A stretch of DNA of 64,000 nt from Candidatus Omnitrophota bacterium (GCA_003528115.1 DOGZ01000004.1:572-64571); one strand, 5' to 3'. Shown: positions 40,739-51,254, numbered from the stretch's first letter. Program-made: numbers and translations. The notes: generated from the letters alone by a model not told the origin.

Positions 40739-41476
40739 ATGCACCCATCAACGGATGAAAAGCTTTTTGAGTCAAAATCGAATTCCTGGAGGATGTTTAA
40801 TAAAATATCTGGCAGGTACGATTTGCTTAATCACCTGCTATCATTCGGATTGCATGCGCGTTTCAGAAAGAAACTGATCAAATTCTTTCCGCGCACAAAA
40901 ATTGCTAAATTGATCGATATCGCGACGGGTACCGCGGACGTTCTTTTGACAGTATTTCAATATAACAAATCTATTGAGAAGGCCTATGGCATTGATATGG
41001 CCGACAAAATGTTAGACATCGGCCGAAGAAAAATTTCTCAAAGAAAATGGGATAACCAAATTTTCCTGCTCAAAGGAGACGCGCGCCGCATCCCCTTTGA
41101 AAGAGATTTCTTTGACGTCGCTACGATCGCCTTCGGGATTCGTAATGTGCCTGATCCCGTTCAAGTTCTTAAAGAGATGCGTAGGATCCTTGTGCCCGGA
41201 GGAAGAGCGCTTGTGTTAGAGTTTTCTTTGCCTCAAAATGTTCTCCTCCTTCGGTTGCATCTTTTTTATTTAAGAAATGTCGTTCCTTTTATGGGATGGA
41301 TTTTTTCAGGAAATTATTCTGCCTACCGATATTTAAACCAAACGATCGAATCGTTTCCAAGCGGCAATGATTTTTGTCAACTGATGCAAACCGCCGGGTT
41401 TCAAGATGTTAACGCCCATTCGCTCTTGGGGGGGGTCGCCTCGATTTATCAGGGGGATAAAGGGGGGGGAGGTTAG
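40739..41476 (+). CDS. menG: Demethylmenaquinone methyltransferase, UbiE/MenG class I SAM methyltransferase.
   Basis: ISGRYDLLNHLLSFGLH matches the UbiE YDLMND.MSFG.HR motif. Followed by a SAM-binding DIATGTAD block. Heads the men operon. Confidence 0.8.
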   Translation: MHPSTDEKLFESKSNSWRMFNKISGRYDLLNHLLSFGLHARFRKKLIKFFPRTKIAKLIDIATGTADVLLTVFQYNKSIEKAYGIDMADKMLDIGRRKISQRKWDNQIFLLKGDARRIPFERDFFDVATIAFGIRNVPDPVQVLKEMRRILVPGGRALVLEFSLPQNVLLLRLHLFYLRNVVPFMGWIFSGNYSAYRYLNQTIESFPSGNDFCQLMQTAGFQDVNAHSLLGGVASIYQGDKGGGG

Positions 41477-41480
41477 TTTG

Positions 41481-42866
41481 ATGAGTTTATCGCGAATGGA
41501 TCATAAAATATCTGCGGAACAATTAAGAAATCATGTGGCGGAACATATTCATCAGTTGATTGGTCAGACTGATCCTGTCGCTAATCCCCAGAAAATTTTA
41601 AGGATTGAATTCCCTTGTGAATCTGTGAATGTCCTCGCATGGCTCAACCAGCAAAAGGGCTATGAAAAAATATACTGGCTAGACCGCGCCGGGGAACTGG
41701 AAATGGCCGGTCTCGGAGTGGCGGACATTCTTCAGGGCGAGCGAAATCCTGATGTTCAAAAAATATTCGCTTATTTTCAAAGTCGTCTGTCGTCAAAATT
41801 CCCCCGTCTCCGATATTATGGAGGACTAAGCTTTGATAAAATGCCCATGAATACGGAATGGCAACCTTTCGGCCAATACCGGTTTTGGATACCCCGCTTT
41901 GAACTGCTTCAGACGCAATCCGATACTTTTTTTGCCATAAATTTGACCTGTGAGGATATTCGCCAAAAAAATATCGAACCCCTATTGCTGGAAGTGAGCG
42001 CGCTTCAATTTCCCTCGTTAGAATCCCGTAAGTTCCTGCCAAAACTTTTAGCGCGCAGCGACCAACCCAATAAAGAAGATTGGGATAAATTATTCGTTAA
42101 AGTCAAGAGTCAGTTGAAAACCGGCGGCTATGAAAAAGTTGTTTTAGCGCGAAAATCCCTTTTGCGTTTTTCTGATCCCCTCAATCCCATGGATTTGGTT
42201 GAACGACTTAAATCCCAAACGGAGAATTGCTTCCATTTCTGTTTTCAGGTCTCACCGGATGCAGCCTTTTTGGGAGCAACGCCCGAACGATTATATAAAA
42301 GAATCGGACGTGCCATTGAAAGCGAAGCCATCGCCGGTACCAAACCCAGGGGACTAACTCTGCATGAGGATGAACAGTTTAGAAATGAATTGCTGAATTC
42401 CACGAAAGACGCCGCCGAACACCGATACGTTGTTGATTTTATCCGGAATGCCTTCATTGAGATGTGTGCGGATTTAACATTTGATCCCTTCGCCAATCTT
42501 CTCCAATTAAAAGGAGGGCATCATCTGATAACCCGTTTTTCGGGCCGGCTCAAAAATGGCGTCGAGGATGATCATATTTTAACCTCACTTCATCCAACAC
42601 CGGCGGTAGGCGGTTATCCCGCTCAAGAAGCATTAAAAACTATTGAGGAAACTGAACCGTTTAATCGGGGATGGTACGCGGGACCGGTTGGTTACGTTGG
42701 GTATGATTCCGTAGAATTGGTGGTGGCTATTCGCTCGGGATTGATCCATCAAAATAGTCTTTCTTTATACGCGGGAGCTGGAATAGTCGCGGCTTCCCAA
42801 TCCAAGGAAGAATGGGACGAAATTGAAAACAAAATTGGAAGTTTTATTAACGTTTTAAATTCTTAA
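41481..42866 (+). CDS. menF: Isochorismate synthase (menaquinone-specific). The start is placed at the ATG at 41481, preceded by GGAGG.
   Basis: Chorismate-binding enzyme C-terminal blocks GGYPAQEAL, GWYAGPVGYVG and AGAGIV. Confidence 0.8.
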   Translation: MSLSRMDHKISAEQLRNHVAEHIHQLIGQTDPVANPQKILRIEFPCESVNVLAWLNQQKGYEKIYWLDRAGELEMAGLGVADILQGERNPDVQKIFAYFQSRLSSKFPRLRYYGGLSFDKMPMNTEWQPFGQYRFWIPRFELLQTQSDTFFAINLTCEDIRQKNIEPLLLEVSALQFPSLESRKFLPKLLARSDQPNKEDWDKLFVKVKSQLKTGGYEKVVLARKSLLRFSDPLNPMDLVERLKSQTENCFHFCFQVSPDAAFLGATPERLYKRIGRAIESEAIAGTKPRGLTLHEDEQFRNELLNSTKDAAEHRYVVDFIRNAFIEMCADLTFDPFANLLQLKGGHHLITRFSGRLKNGVEDDHILTSLHPTPAVGGYPAQEALKTIEETEPFNRGWYAGPVGYVGYDSVELVVAIRSGLIHQNSLSLYAGAGIVAASQSKEEWDEIENKIGSFINVLNS

Positions 42867-42867
42867 A

Positions 42868-44628
42868 ATGAATTTCTTGAAGTCCGCCAATATCAATAGC
42901 CTGTGGGCTGAGCTCATGGTTGAGGAGTTAGTCAGAAACGGGGTTCATTATTTTTGCATTTCTCCCGGCTCCCGCTCGTCGCCCTTGGCTTGTGCCATCG
43001 GCTCTCATGCAAAGACAACCAGCCTCATTCATTTTGATGAACGGGGCACGGCCTTTCATGCCTTAGGATACGTCTCAGCCAAAAAAAAGCCCTGTGTTCT
43101 CGTGTGCACCTCAGGCACGGCCGTTGCCAATTTATTCCCAGCCGTTATTGAGGCCTCCAAAAAGAAATTGCCCTTAATCGTCTTGACGGCAGACCGGCCG
43201 CCGGAATTGAGATGTACTGGGGCCATGCAAACAATTGACCAGGTTAAAATCTTTGGAGATTATGTCCGCTGGCAGTTCGATCTTCCACCCCCAACGCGTG
43301 AGATCAGTCCGTCCTTTGTCCTGACGACGATCGATCAAGCGGTTGCCTGTGCCCAAAGCAATCCGCCTGGACCGGTTCATCTCAATACGATGTTTAGAGA
43401 ACCGCTGGCGCCGATAAAGGCAAACACGGATTTTTCTTCCTATTTGAAAGTCTTGAATGATTGGGGCAAACGCTCATCTCCGTTTACACAGTACATCCAG
43501 CCCAAGACGGGTCTTCATGTGCACGATGTTAAACGCCTGACGGATGAAATCTCAGAAATTAAATCCGGTGTCATCGTAGCCGGAAAACTTTCGTCACTAG
43601 ATGAACAGGAAGGGGCTTTAAAGCTGGCCCGGAAATTAAACTGGCCGTTATTCGCCGACATTGCCTCAGGATTAAGATGCGGTAATCCTCATAAACACAT
43701 CATTCCTTATTATGATCAACTCTTATTGTCGGAGCATTTCACGAAGAAATTCAAACCGGATGGGATCCTTCACCTCGGCGGCCGCATAACATCCAAACGG
43801 TTTTATGATTTCATTGAGCGGGTTCGACCGCGCCGTTATCTCATGGTGATTAATCATCCGTTAAGGAATGACCCTCTGCATAGCGTCACTCTGCGCGTCC
43901 ACAATTCCGTCAAAGTTTTTTGTGACGCTGTCTTACCGCGAATCCCTCAAAGAAACCGTCATCCGTTGCTTTCCTTTACCATCAAAGCCAATCAAGCAGT
44001 TCATCAAACGATGGACAAGTATTTTTATAGCGAAGCCTTGAGTGAACCCTTGACGGCGCGGCTCATCACGCGATATATTCCGAAAGGTCATGGATTGTTT
44101 TTATCCAACAGTATGCCTATCCGGGAAGTGGATATGTATGGGACGTGGGATGGGGCAAGGATTGAAATTGGAGCTAATAGGGGGGCCAGCGGGATCGACG
44201 GCATCATCGCCTCAACCGCCGGTTTTGTGGCAGGTCTGCGAAAACCTGTGACGCTTTATATTGGTGATCTGGCCTTCCTTTACGATCTGAATTCTTTGGC
44301 TATGTTGAAGAATCTGGCGGATCCGGTCGTTCTCGTTGTGGCGAATAATAATGGCGGAGGTATTTTTTCATTCTTGCCCGTGGTCAAGTATAAAGATTTT
44401 GAACGCTATTTTGGCACGCCCCACGGTTTTGAATTCCGTCATGCCGCCGAGATGTTTGACTTATCCTATGCCTGTCCAACGAAAAAGGATGAGTTCATCG
44501 CGGCATATCAAAAAGCCCTTAAGAGCCGTCAATCCACAGTGATTGAGGTTAAAACAGACCGTGCCGTGAATTATCAAATTCATAAGGATTTACAATCGAA
44601 AATTATCTTCGCGCTCAAGAAAATTTAA
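42868..44628 (+). CDS. menD: 2-succinyl-5-enolpyruvyl-6-hydroxy-3-cyclohexene-1-carboxylate (SEPHCHC) synthase.
   Basis: TPP enzyme. N-terminal block GVHYFCISPGSRSSPLA matches E. coli MenD GVRHICIAPGSRSTPL. 586 aa. Confidence 0.85.
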   Translation: MNFLKSANINSLWAELMVEELVRNGVHYFCISPGSRSSPLACAIGSHAKTTSLIHFDERGTAFHALGYVSAKKKPCVLVCTSGTAVANLFPAVIEASKKKLPLIVLTADRPPELRCTGAMQTIDQVKIFGDYVRWQFDLPPPTREISPSFVLTTIDQAVACAQSNPPGPVHLNTMFREPLAPIKANTDFSSYLKVLNDWGKRSSPFTQYIQPKTGLHVHDVKRLTDEISEIKSGVIVAGKLSSLDEQEGALKLARKLNWPLFADIASGLRCGNPHKHIIPYYDQLLLSEHFTKKFKPDGILHLGGRITSKRFYDFIERVRPRRYLMVINHPLRNDPLHSVTLRVHNSVKVFCDAVLPRIPQRNRHPLLSFTIKANQAVHQTMDKYFYSEALSEPLTARLITRYIPKGHGLFLSNSMPIREVDMYGTWDGARIEIGANRGASGIDGIIASTAGFVAGLRKPVTLYIGDLAFLYDLNSLAMLKNLADPVVLVVANNNGGGIFSFLPVVKYKDFERYFGTPHGFEFRHAAEMFDLSYACPTKKDEFIAAYQKALKSRQSTVIEVKTDRAVNYQIHKDLQSKIIFALKKI

Positions 44629-44674
44629 GAATCTTTAATACCGTTGTTCGCCTATTACCATTAGGAGATTAGAA

Positions 44675-45532
44675 ATGAGTTCACCGCGACAAAAAACGTC
44701 TAAACAAAACAGAAAAAAAACTGACTGGACTAACGCCGGCCATTTTACGGATATCCAATACCACAAAGCCGGCGGAATGGCTAAAATTACGATCAATCGC
44801 CCTGAGGTGCGCAACGCTTTTCGTCCTCTGACAGTCGAGGAGATGTCCAGGGCCTTGGCGGACGCCAGGGATGATGAATCCATAGGGGTCATTATTTTGA
44901 CAGGAGAAGGGAAGGAGGCCTTTTGTTCAGGGGGTGATCAAAGAATTCGCGGGGACGCGGGTTACAGGGATCAGAAAGGAATCCATCGTCTCAATGTCCT
45001 GGACTTTCAGCGCCAAATGCGGACATGTCCCAAACCCCTCATCGCCATGATCGCGGGTTATGCCATTGGCGGTGGTCATATCCTTCATCTTTTATGTGAC
45101 ATTTCGATCGCCGCGGATAACGCGATCTTCGGACAGACCGGCCCCAAAGTCGGGTCATTTGACGGCGGTTACGGCGCCAGTTACATGGCGAGGATCGTCG
45201 GTCAGAAAAAGGCGCGGGAAATTTGGTTTTTGTGCCGCCAGTATCACGCCAAAGAAGCGTTAGAGATGGGGCTGGTGAATAAAGTTGTTCCTTACAATAA
45301 ACTGGAAGAGGAGACAGTCCTGTGGTGCCGAGAAATTTTGGCCAATTCCCCCATGGCGATCCGTTGTCTTAAAGCGGCTCTGAATGCCGACTGTGACGGC
45401 CAGGCCGGACTTCAGGAATTGGCCGGCAACGCGACCATGCTTTTTTATATGACCGAAGAAGGCCAGGAAGGACGCGATGCCTTTCTTGAAAAACGAAAGC
45501 CTGATTTTTCAAAGTTTCCTCGAAGACCATAG
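44675..45532 (+). CDS. menB: 1,4-dihydroxy-2-naphthoyl-CoA synthase.
   Basis: Crotonase fold. [14 protein letters not shown] and GGDQ blocks match MenB. Confidence 0.9.
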   Translation: MSSPRQKTSKQNRKKTDWTNAGHFTDIQYHKAGGMAKITINRPEVRNAFRPLTVEEMSRALADARDDESIGVIILTGEGKEAFCSGGDQRIRGDAGYRDQKGIHRLNVLDFQRQMRTCPKPLIAMIAGYAIGGGHILHLLCDISIAADNAIFGQTGPKVGSFDGGYGASYMARIVGQKKAREIWFLCRQYHAKEALEMGLVNKVVPYNKLEEETVLWCREILANSPMAIRCLKAALNADCDGQAGLQELAGNATMLFYMTEEGQEGRDAFLEKRKPDFSKFPRRP

Positions 45533-45540
45533 GTATTTCC

Positions 45541-46431
45541 TTGATGAACCCAGTTTCTTTCTTATCTATTTGCCGTATGGCGATCCGTCCTAAAACACTG
45601 ATGGCCGCTTTGAGTCCAGTGATGATTGGCACGGCTATGGCGTTTGGCGATGGGGTTTCTCATTTCCCGACCGCGTTTCTTTGCCTGGCAGGCGCCCTAT
45701 TGATTCAAATCGGAACGAATCTCGCCAATGATTATTTTGATTTTAAGAAAGGGGCGGACACCCATGAACGTCTCGGTCCCACACGCGTGACACAGGCGGG
45801 ACTCATTTCGCCAGGGATCATTAAATGGGCTTTTATTTTAACCTTTGCTTTAGCCGCGCTCATTTCCACCCGACTGATCGAACGGGGAGGCTGGCCCATT
45901 CTCGTCATCGGGGTATTATCCATCGTGTCAGGTATTTTATATACCGCCGGGCCTTGGGCGTTAGGGTATATGGGATTAGGCGATCTTTTTGTACTGATTT
46001 TCTTCGGCCCCGTAGCCGTCGCAGGGACCTACTATGTCCAGTCTCATGAAATCAACAACGCCGTCATTCTCGCCGGCCTGGCCCCAGGCCTTATTTCCGT
46101 CGGAATCTTAACGATCAACAACCTGCGCGATAAGGACAGCGATCAGAGCTCCGGGAAGAAGACCCTGGCGGTCCGTTTTGGAAAATCCTTCGCTCAAATG
46201 GAATACCTGATTGCCATTCTGACCGCCGCGGTGATCCCTGTTTTTATTTATATCTATATTGAAGATCATATTTGGATATTAGCCTGTGTGATAATAAGCC
46301 TCTTGGCCGTTCCTGCTTTTAAAACAGTTTTGACCAAATCTGACGGCCCGTCATTAAATCTGGCTTTGGCCTTTACAGGGGAACTGCTATTTATTTATAG
46401 CCTTCTATTCTCCCTAGGATGGGTTTTATGA
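45541..46431 (+). CDS. menA: 1,4-dihydroxy-2-naphthoate polyprenyltransferase (UbiA superfamily).
   Basis: NLANDYFDFKKG Asp-rich motif. About 8-9 TM segments. 296 aa. Confidence 0.8.
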   Translation: MMNPVSFLSICRMAIRPKTLMAALSPVMIGTAMAFGDGVSHFPTAFLCLAGALLIQIGTNLANDYFDFKKGADTHERLGPTRVTQAGLISPGIIKWAFILTFALAALISTRLIERGGWPILVIGVLSIVSGILYTAGPWALGYMGLGDLFVLIFFGPVAVAGTYYVQSHEINNAVILAGLAPGLISVGILTINNLRDKDSDQSSGKKTLAVRFGKSFAQMEYLIAILTAAVIPVFIYIYIEDHIWILACVIISLLAVPAFKTVLTKSDGPSLNLALAFTGELLFIYSLLFSLGWVL

Positions 46432-47519
46432 TCATCACGTCGGTGGATATTTATAAATACGCGCTTCCTTTGACGGGACCGTTTTCTGTCGGCGGCCAGC
46501 CCCTTTCTCAACGGCAGGGGTATCTTATTCATCTAATGTCCGGACAAGAGATCGAGGGATTCGGGGATGTCTCGCCGCTGCCGGGTCTGAGCGAAGAATC
46601 CCTTCAGGAGGCTTTAGATCAACTCCTTGCCCTAAAAAGAAATCTCCCGCACGCATCGATTCCGGCGGGGATCGAAAGGTTGAACGGGAAGCTGGACGAT
46701 TGGTTTAATGATTTAGCTCTGATGCCCTCAGTCCGGTTTGGGGTGGAATCCGCTCTACTTCATTTGATCGCTCAGTCTAAAAGTGTCTCCCTGAGTAAAC
46801 TCCTTTCATCAAAGGCCTCTGATTCCGTCCGGATTCATGGGCTGCTCTCCGGATCGAAAGAACAAGTTATCCAGGATACGTTGAATCTGATCGACCAAGG
46901 ATTTACAGCTTTTAAATTAAAGGTCGGCAGTGACCGGATAGAGGAGGATATTGATAAGGTGCGCACCCTCAATGCGGTGTTGAGCGGACGTGCTTTAGTG
47001 CACGCGGATGCTAATCAGGCCTGGGATTTGAACCAGGCCCTTTATTTTGGCCGTGAGGTCGGTTGCGCGAGTATCACTTATATCGAAGAGCCTTTTGCGG
47101 ACATCACCCAGATCCCGGAATTCTATGACCAAACCCTGATCCCTGTGGCCCTCGATGAGTCTTTAAAGACCCATAAGCTCGATGACCTCAAATCCATCGA
47201 CGGTTTGGAAATGCTCATTTTAAAACCAACCCTCTTGGGCGGTATCGAGAAGACATGGCAGATCCTGTCTCAGGCCCGAAGATTTGGATGGGGGGTCGGG
47301 ATCAGTTCAGCCTTTGAATCTGGGGTAGGGTTAATCACCCTAGCCCAGTTATCCGCCGCCAGCCATCTAAAAAGTTCTGCCGGGCTTGATACCCTGAAAT
47401 GGTTTAAGACAGATCTGTTACGCGAGAAGTTTCCCCTTGAAAAAGGAAAAGTCAACACGACCCGTGGCGTGATCCGCTCCGCTGATCTAGATTTCAATCT
47501 CTTGGAAAGAATAATCTGA
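46419..47519 (+). CDS. menC: o-succinylbenzoate synthase (enolase superfamily).
   Basis: FKLKVG and DANQAW metal-ligand blocks. Sits between menA and menE. Confidence 0.7.
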   Translation: MGFMIITSVDIYKYALPLTGPFSVGGQPLSQRQGYLIHLMSGQEIEGFGDVSPLPGLSEESLQEALDQLLALKRNLPHASIPAGIERLNGKLDDWFNDLALMPSVRFGVESALLHLIAQSKSVSLSKLLSSKASDSVRIHGLLSGSKEQVIQDTLNLIDQGFTAFKLKVGSDRIEEDIDKVRTLNAVLSGRALVHADANQAWDLNQALYFGREVGCASITYIEEPFADITQIPEFYDQTLIPVALDESLKTHKLDDLKSIDGLEMLILKPTLLGGIEKTWQILSQARRFGWGVGISSAFESGVGLITLAQLSAASHLKSSAGLDTLKWFKTDLLREKFPLEKGKVNTTRGVIRSADLDFNLLERII

Positions 47520-48958
47520 TGCGTTCGATCCCATGTCCTCTCCAGAAGAATGCCAGGCGTTTCCCTGACCATCCCGCTATTATTCATGGACGGCTAACAT
47601 TAAGTTATGCTGAATTTGAACGCGCGGTGAATAGAACGACGCGGGTTCTTCTGGCTTCAGGCTGCAAAAAACAGGATCGTGTGGGGATCGCGGATCCCAA
47701 CAGCCCCGAGTATCTTATTATGATCTTCGCGTTATGGCGGCTTGGGGCGGTCAGTTGCCATCTGAACACACGCCTTCCGGAAAAAGCCCTCGTTGAACAG
47801 TTGCGCCGGACGCGATGCCGGTACCTCGTGACTACGTTTCCCAATTTACTGAATTCCCGTCGGATTTCCATTCCCCGATGGTCTTTGGAGGAAATTTGTC
47901 ACCGGGGACCCAAGACACTGCCTCAGGCCAAAACGCTAAAGGCTGAATTTGCACTTAATCAAGACCTCACTATTATGTTTACATCCGGAAGTACGGACGT
48001 CCTCAAGGCAGTTCTTCATACCTTTGGCAATCATTACTACAGCGCAAAAGGATCTAATGAAAACATCCCTGTAGAATCTTCTGACCGCTGGTTTCTAACT
48101 CTGCCCTTGTATCATGTGGGGGGATTAAGTATCCTGTTTCGCGTTCTGTTGGGACGAGGAACGATTGTGATCCAGGACCCTGAAGAAGATATCGTACAAT
48201 CCATCAAGACGTATGGGATCACCCATGTTTCTCTGGTAGCCACACATCTGTACCGGTTACTTCAAAATAAGGCCGCCAAGACCGTTCTTCGGGGTCTTAA
48301 GGCGATTCTGTTGGGTGGGAGCGCCATTGGGGACTCTCTCGCCAGAGAGGCGCTCCGTAACCGTTGGCCGGTCTGCTTTTCTTACGGGTTGACTGAGATG
48401 TCTTCCCGGGTGGCCACCACCCATTTTTCCGACCGAACCTATCCCACGCGTCAGGGGAAGATATTGAATTATCGACAGGTCCGCATCTCGGATGAGGGAG
48501 AAATCTTGGTAAAGGGGCCAACACTGTTCAAAGGATACGTTGATGGAAACAAAATTCTTAAACCGTTTGATAAAAAAAGCTGGTTTCATACCGGAGATCT
48601 GGGGGAATTTGTTCGGCCAGGGGAGCTGAGAGTGACGGGCCGCAAGGACAACATGTTTATCTCCGGCGGTGAGAATATTCAGCCTGAAGAGATAGAATAT
48701 TATTTGCTTCAATTAAAAGAGGTAGAGAACGCCCTGGTTGTCCCCGTTCCTGACCCGGAATTCGGGTGCCGTCCCGCGGTCTTTATTAAGAATGTCCCAG
48801 GGCGAACCCTGGATCAGAAGAAAATCATCCGCTTCTTAAAACGCTATTTACCCAAATTCAAAATTCCCGATCATTTCTTCCCATGGCCTGACCTGATCGA
48901 CGAAAAAGACGGCAAAATCAACCGGCCCTCATTTATTAAGCTGATCCCTTCAGCTTGA
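47519..48958 (+). CDS. menE: o-succinylbenzoate-CoA ligase (AMP-binding family).
   Basis: MFTSGSTDVLKAV AMP-binding core motif, YGLTE, a GDLG-type motif and a C-terminal Lys. Confidence 0.75.
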   Translation: MRSIPCPLQKNARRFPDHPAIIHGRLTLSYAEFERAVNRTTRVLLASGCKKQDRVGIADPNSPEYLIMIFALWRLGAVSCHLNTRLPEKALVEQLRRTRCRYLVTTFPNLLNSRRISIPRWSLEEICHRGPKTLPQAKTLKAEFALNQDLTIMFTSGSTDVLKAVLHTFGNHYYSAKGSNENIPVESSDRWFLTLPLYHVGGLSILFRVLLGRGTIVIQDPEEDIVQSIKTYGITHVSLVATHLYRLLQNKAAKTVLRGLKAILLGGSAIGDSLAREALRNRWPVCFSYGLTEMSSRVATTHFSDRTYPTRQGKILNYRQVRISDEGEILVKGPTLFKGYVDGNKILKPFDKKSWFHTGDLGEFVRPGELRVTGRKDNMFISGGENIQPEEIEYYLLQLKEVENALVVPVPDPEFGCRPAVFIKNVPGRTLDQKKIIRFLKRYLPKFKIPDHFFPWPDLIDEKDGKINRPSFIKLIPSA

Positions 48959-48967
48959 ATCGTGGCC

Positions 48968-49384
48968 TCACGTTTTATCCTGTCTGTACAAATCCTCCAC
49001 CTTAGCCCGCATATCTTCCGGAAGGGGAATTTTTTGATGACTACTCTTATGAATAGTGACATGGACTGTCTTGGCTGTACCCACCAGTTCGCCGGCGGCG
49101 TTGAGCAGTTTATAGGCGAAGGTAAATGATGTCTGGCCGACATTTTCAACAACCACCTGGATTTCGATGCAATCTCCAACGAAGAGGGGGAGCTTATAAT
49201 CCGCTTCCGCGTGAACGATGGGTAGAAAGAAGTCCTTATTCCTGATCAATTCAGCGAATCCAAATCCAACCGTCTCGAGCAGGGATTCATAGGCATCATG
49301 GATAATTTTGAATTGATTGCTGAAAAATAACAACCCCGCCGCGTCCGTTTCATGAAGTTTTATCTTTGTCTGGTATATAAACAT
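48968..49384 (-). CDS. Hotdog-fold (4HBT/YbgC-like) acyl-CoA thioesterase. By position, a candidate DHNA-CoA thioesterase of the menaquinone pathway.
   Basis: 138 aa 4HBT-like sequence (ETDAAGLLFFSNQF ... TSFTFAYK). Convergent with, and 9 bp from, menE. Confidence 0.55.
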   Translation of the reverse strand: MFIYQTKIKLHETDAAGLLFFSNQFKIIHDAYESLLETVGFGFAELIRNKDFFLPIVHAEADYKLPLFVGDCIEIQVVVENVGQTSFTFAYKLLNAAGELVGTAKTVHVTIHKSSHQKIPLPEDMRAKVEDLYRQDKT

Positions 49385-49540
49385 GGATTCTCCTTTCAGG
49401 GTCCTTTTAGACTTAACGCCCGATTATTGACTTAAGTACAACAAGCAGTTCATTACTTTTGCGAAAGGCAGTATACCATTAAATCAACTGCCCCGCGACG
49501 GTTAATTCCTCGTCGAATCCTATCAGCTCTATTTTTATTA

Positions 49541-49569
49541 TTGACAAAGACGTCAAATCTTGCCAAAAT
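49541..49569 (+). promoter_or_regulatory. Candidate extended -10 promoter: TTGACA, a 17 bp spacer, then TGcCAAAAT. It sits upstream of the peroxiredoxin gene.
   Basis: ttgacaaagacgtcaaatcttgccaaaat. An inverted repeat TTTCA-N10-TGAAA follows at about 49590-49612. Confidence 0.4.
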
Positions 49570-49645
49570 GCAATTGCGAAAGATGAAAATCAGTTTCATT
49601 CTCAATTTTGAAATCACGATCCTCTAATGATGAAAGGAGTCAAAT

Positions 49646-50230
49646 ATGGTATTGGTAACTAAACCCGCTCCGGATTTTTGTGCTAAAGCGGTGATCGATC
49701 AAAAAATTGTTGATGATTTCAAACTCTCCAAATTCCGAGGGAAATATGTTGTATTATTCTTTTACCCGTTGGACTTCACCTTTGTTTGTCCCACAGAGAT
49801 TCACGCCTTTCAGGATAAATTATCTGAATTTGAAAAACGCAATGTCCAGGTGATCGGCGTTTCAACCGATTCCTGGTTTTCTCACCTGGCCTGGTTAAAA
49901 ACCCCGAAGAATGTCGGCGGGATCCAGGGGGTAACGTATCCATTGGTGTCAGATTTCAATAAATCGATCTCTTCTCAATATGGTGTTTTATTGGAAAATC
50001 TTGGGGTCGCGTTGCGGGGGTTATTTCTGATTGATAAAGATGGTATTGTCCAACATCAGGTTGTTAATAATCTGCCCTTGGGACGAAGTGTGGATGAGGT
50101 CTTGAGAGTCGTTGACGCGCTTCAATTCACAGAAAAATATGGCGAGGTTTGTCCCGCCAATTGGAAGAATGGGGCTAAATCGATGAAACCTTCCGAGAAC
50201 GGTCTCAAGGAATATTTCACTACGGCTTAA
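49646..50230 (+). CDS. Typical 2-Cys peroxiredoxin (AhpC/Tsa family).
   Basis: FTFVCPTE peroxidatic Cys motif and a C-terminal VCPANW resolving Cys. Confidence 0.85.
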   Translation: MVLVTKPAPDFCAKAVIDQKIVDDFKLSKFRGKYVVLFFYPLDFTFVCPTEIHAFQDKLSEFEKRNVQVIGVSTDSWFSHLAWLKTPKNVGGIQGVTYPLVSDFNKSISSQYGVLLENLGVALRGLFLIDKDGIVQHQVVNNLPLGRSVDEVLRVVDALQFTEKYGEVCPANWKNGAKSMKPSENGLKEYFTTA

Positions 50231-50316
50231 GACAGATGCTGAATGTTTTTTTTGGAGGCATGATATGTGTAACCTAAGAAAAATTTAATACTTATACAGA
50301 ACGAAAGGAGGCGGAT

Positions 50317-50946
50317 ATGGCGTTTAAACTACCCAATTTACCCTATGCGGTCGATGCCTTGGAACCGCACATTGATGCCAAGACCATGGAGATCCATCAT
50401 GATAAACATCATGCCGCGTATGTCAACAAACTGAATGAGGCCATCGCGGGAAAGGCTAATCTGGAATCGAAGAGTGTTGAAGAATTAATTACAAATATCA
50501 AATCACTCCCCGAAGATATCAAGACAGCCGTGCGCAACCACGGCGGCGGGCATTATAATCATACGATGTTTTGGGAGATTATGGGACCTAAAGGCGGCGG
50601 TGAACCGGTCGGAAAACTGGCGGAGGCCATTAAAAAAGACTTAGGCAGTTTTGCGGCCTTTAAAGAAAAATTCAGTAACGCCGCCGCGACACGGTTTGGC
50701 AGCGGCTGGGCCTGGCTTTGTGTGGATGTCAAAGACGGGAAGTTATGTGTGTGTTCCACGCCTAATCAAGATAATCCTTTAATGGATATCGCTGAGTGCA
50801 AGGGGATTCCTGTCCTGGGTATCGACGTGTGGGAACACGCCTATTATTTAAGATATCAGAACCGTCGTCCCGACTATATTTCCGCGTTCTATAACGTGAT
50901 TCAGTGGGATGTCGTTTCTGATCGTTACAAGGTCGTTAAACGTTAA
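50317..50946 (+). CDS. sodA: Fe/Mn superoxide dismutase.
   Basis: HHDKHH, the DVWEHAYY motif and conserved His/Asp ligands. 209 aa. Confidence 0.9.
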   Translation: MAFKLPNLPYAVDALEPHIDAKTMEIHHDKHHAAYVNKLNEAIAGKANLESKSVEELITNIKSLPEDIKTAVRNHGGGHYNHTMFWEIMGPKGGGEPVGKLAEAIKKDLGSFAAFKEKFSNAAATRFGSGWAWLCVDVKDGKLCVCSTPNQDNPLMDIAECKGIPVLGIDVWEHAYYLRYQNRRPDYISAFYNVIQWDVVSDRYKVVKR

Positions 50947-50981
50947 ACGCTCCCAAGGGAATCTTAATCCCTCTTTTGTTG

Positions 50982-51027
50982 GCTCTGCCGCCGCAGTATC
51001 ACTGCGGTAGCAGAGCTAAATTTTTTT
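50982..51027 (+). terminator. Intrinsic terminator after sod: a nested GC-rich hairpin followed by T7.
   Basis: gctctgccgccgcagtatcactgcggtagcagagctaaattttttt. Confidence 0.65.
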
Positions 51028-51116
51028 CCTATCACCCAGAAGTAACGTTTATCCTCTCCCGGATACTCTCGTGGATTAAAAATAATAAAAATCGCGCAAA
51101 AAAAATATAAAATTCA

Positions 51117-51145
51117 TTGACTCGTGAAATAACCTAACATACTAT
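51117..51145 (+). promoter_or_regulatory. Candidate nrdAB promoter (TTGACT, a 17 bp spacer, then TACTAT). It overlaps AT-rich palindromic elements (ACTATAT and TATATATAGTAT) that could be NrdR-type boxes.
   Basis: ttgactcgtgaaataacctaacatactat, with gcgtatatatagtatc about 30 bp downstream. Confidence 0.4.
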
Positions 51146-51254
51146 ATCTTGTGCATGTTTATCTAATGATGCGTATATATAGTATCTTATTTCAACCCAC
51201 AAGAGAGACTTAGAGGAGCGACTCATTTCATTAAATATAAGGAGGCCCACCCAC

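Noticed and set aside
49430-49530. A T-loop-like GTCGAATCC fragment that might indicate a tRNA.
   Set aside because: No acceptor-stem complementarity, and no D-arm or anticodon arm, can be built around it. It lies in a promoter region.
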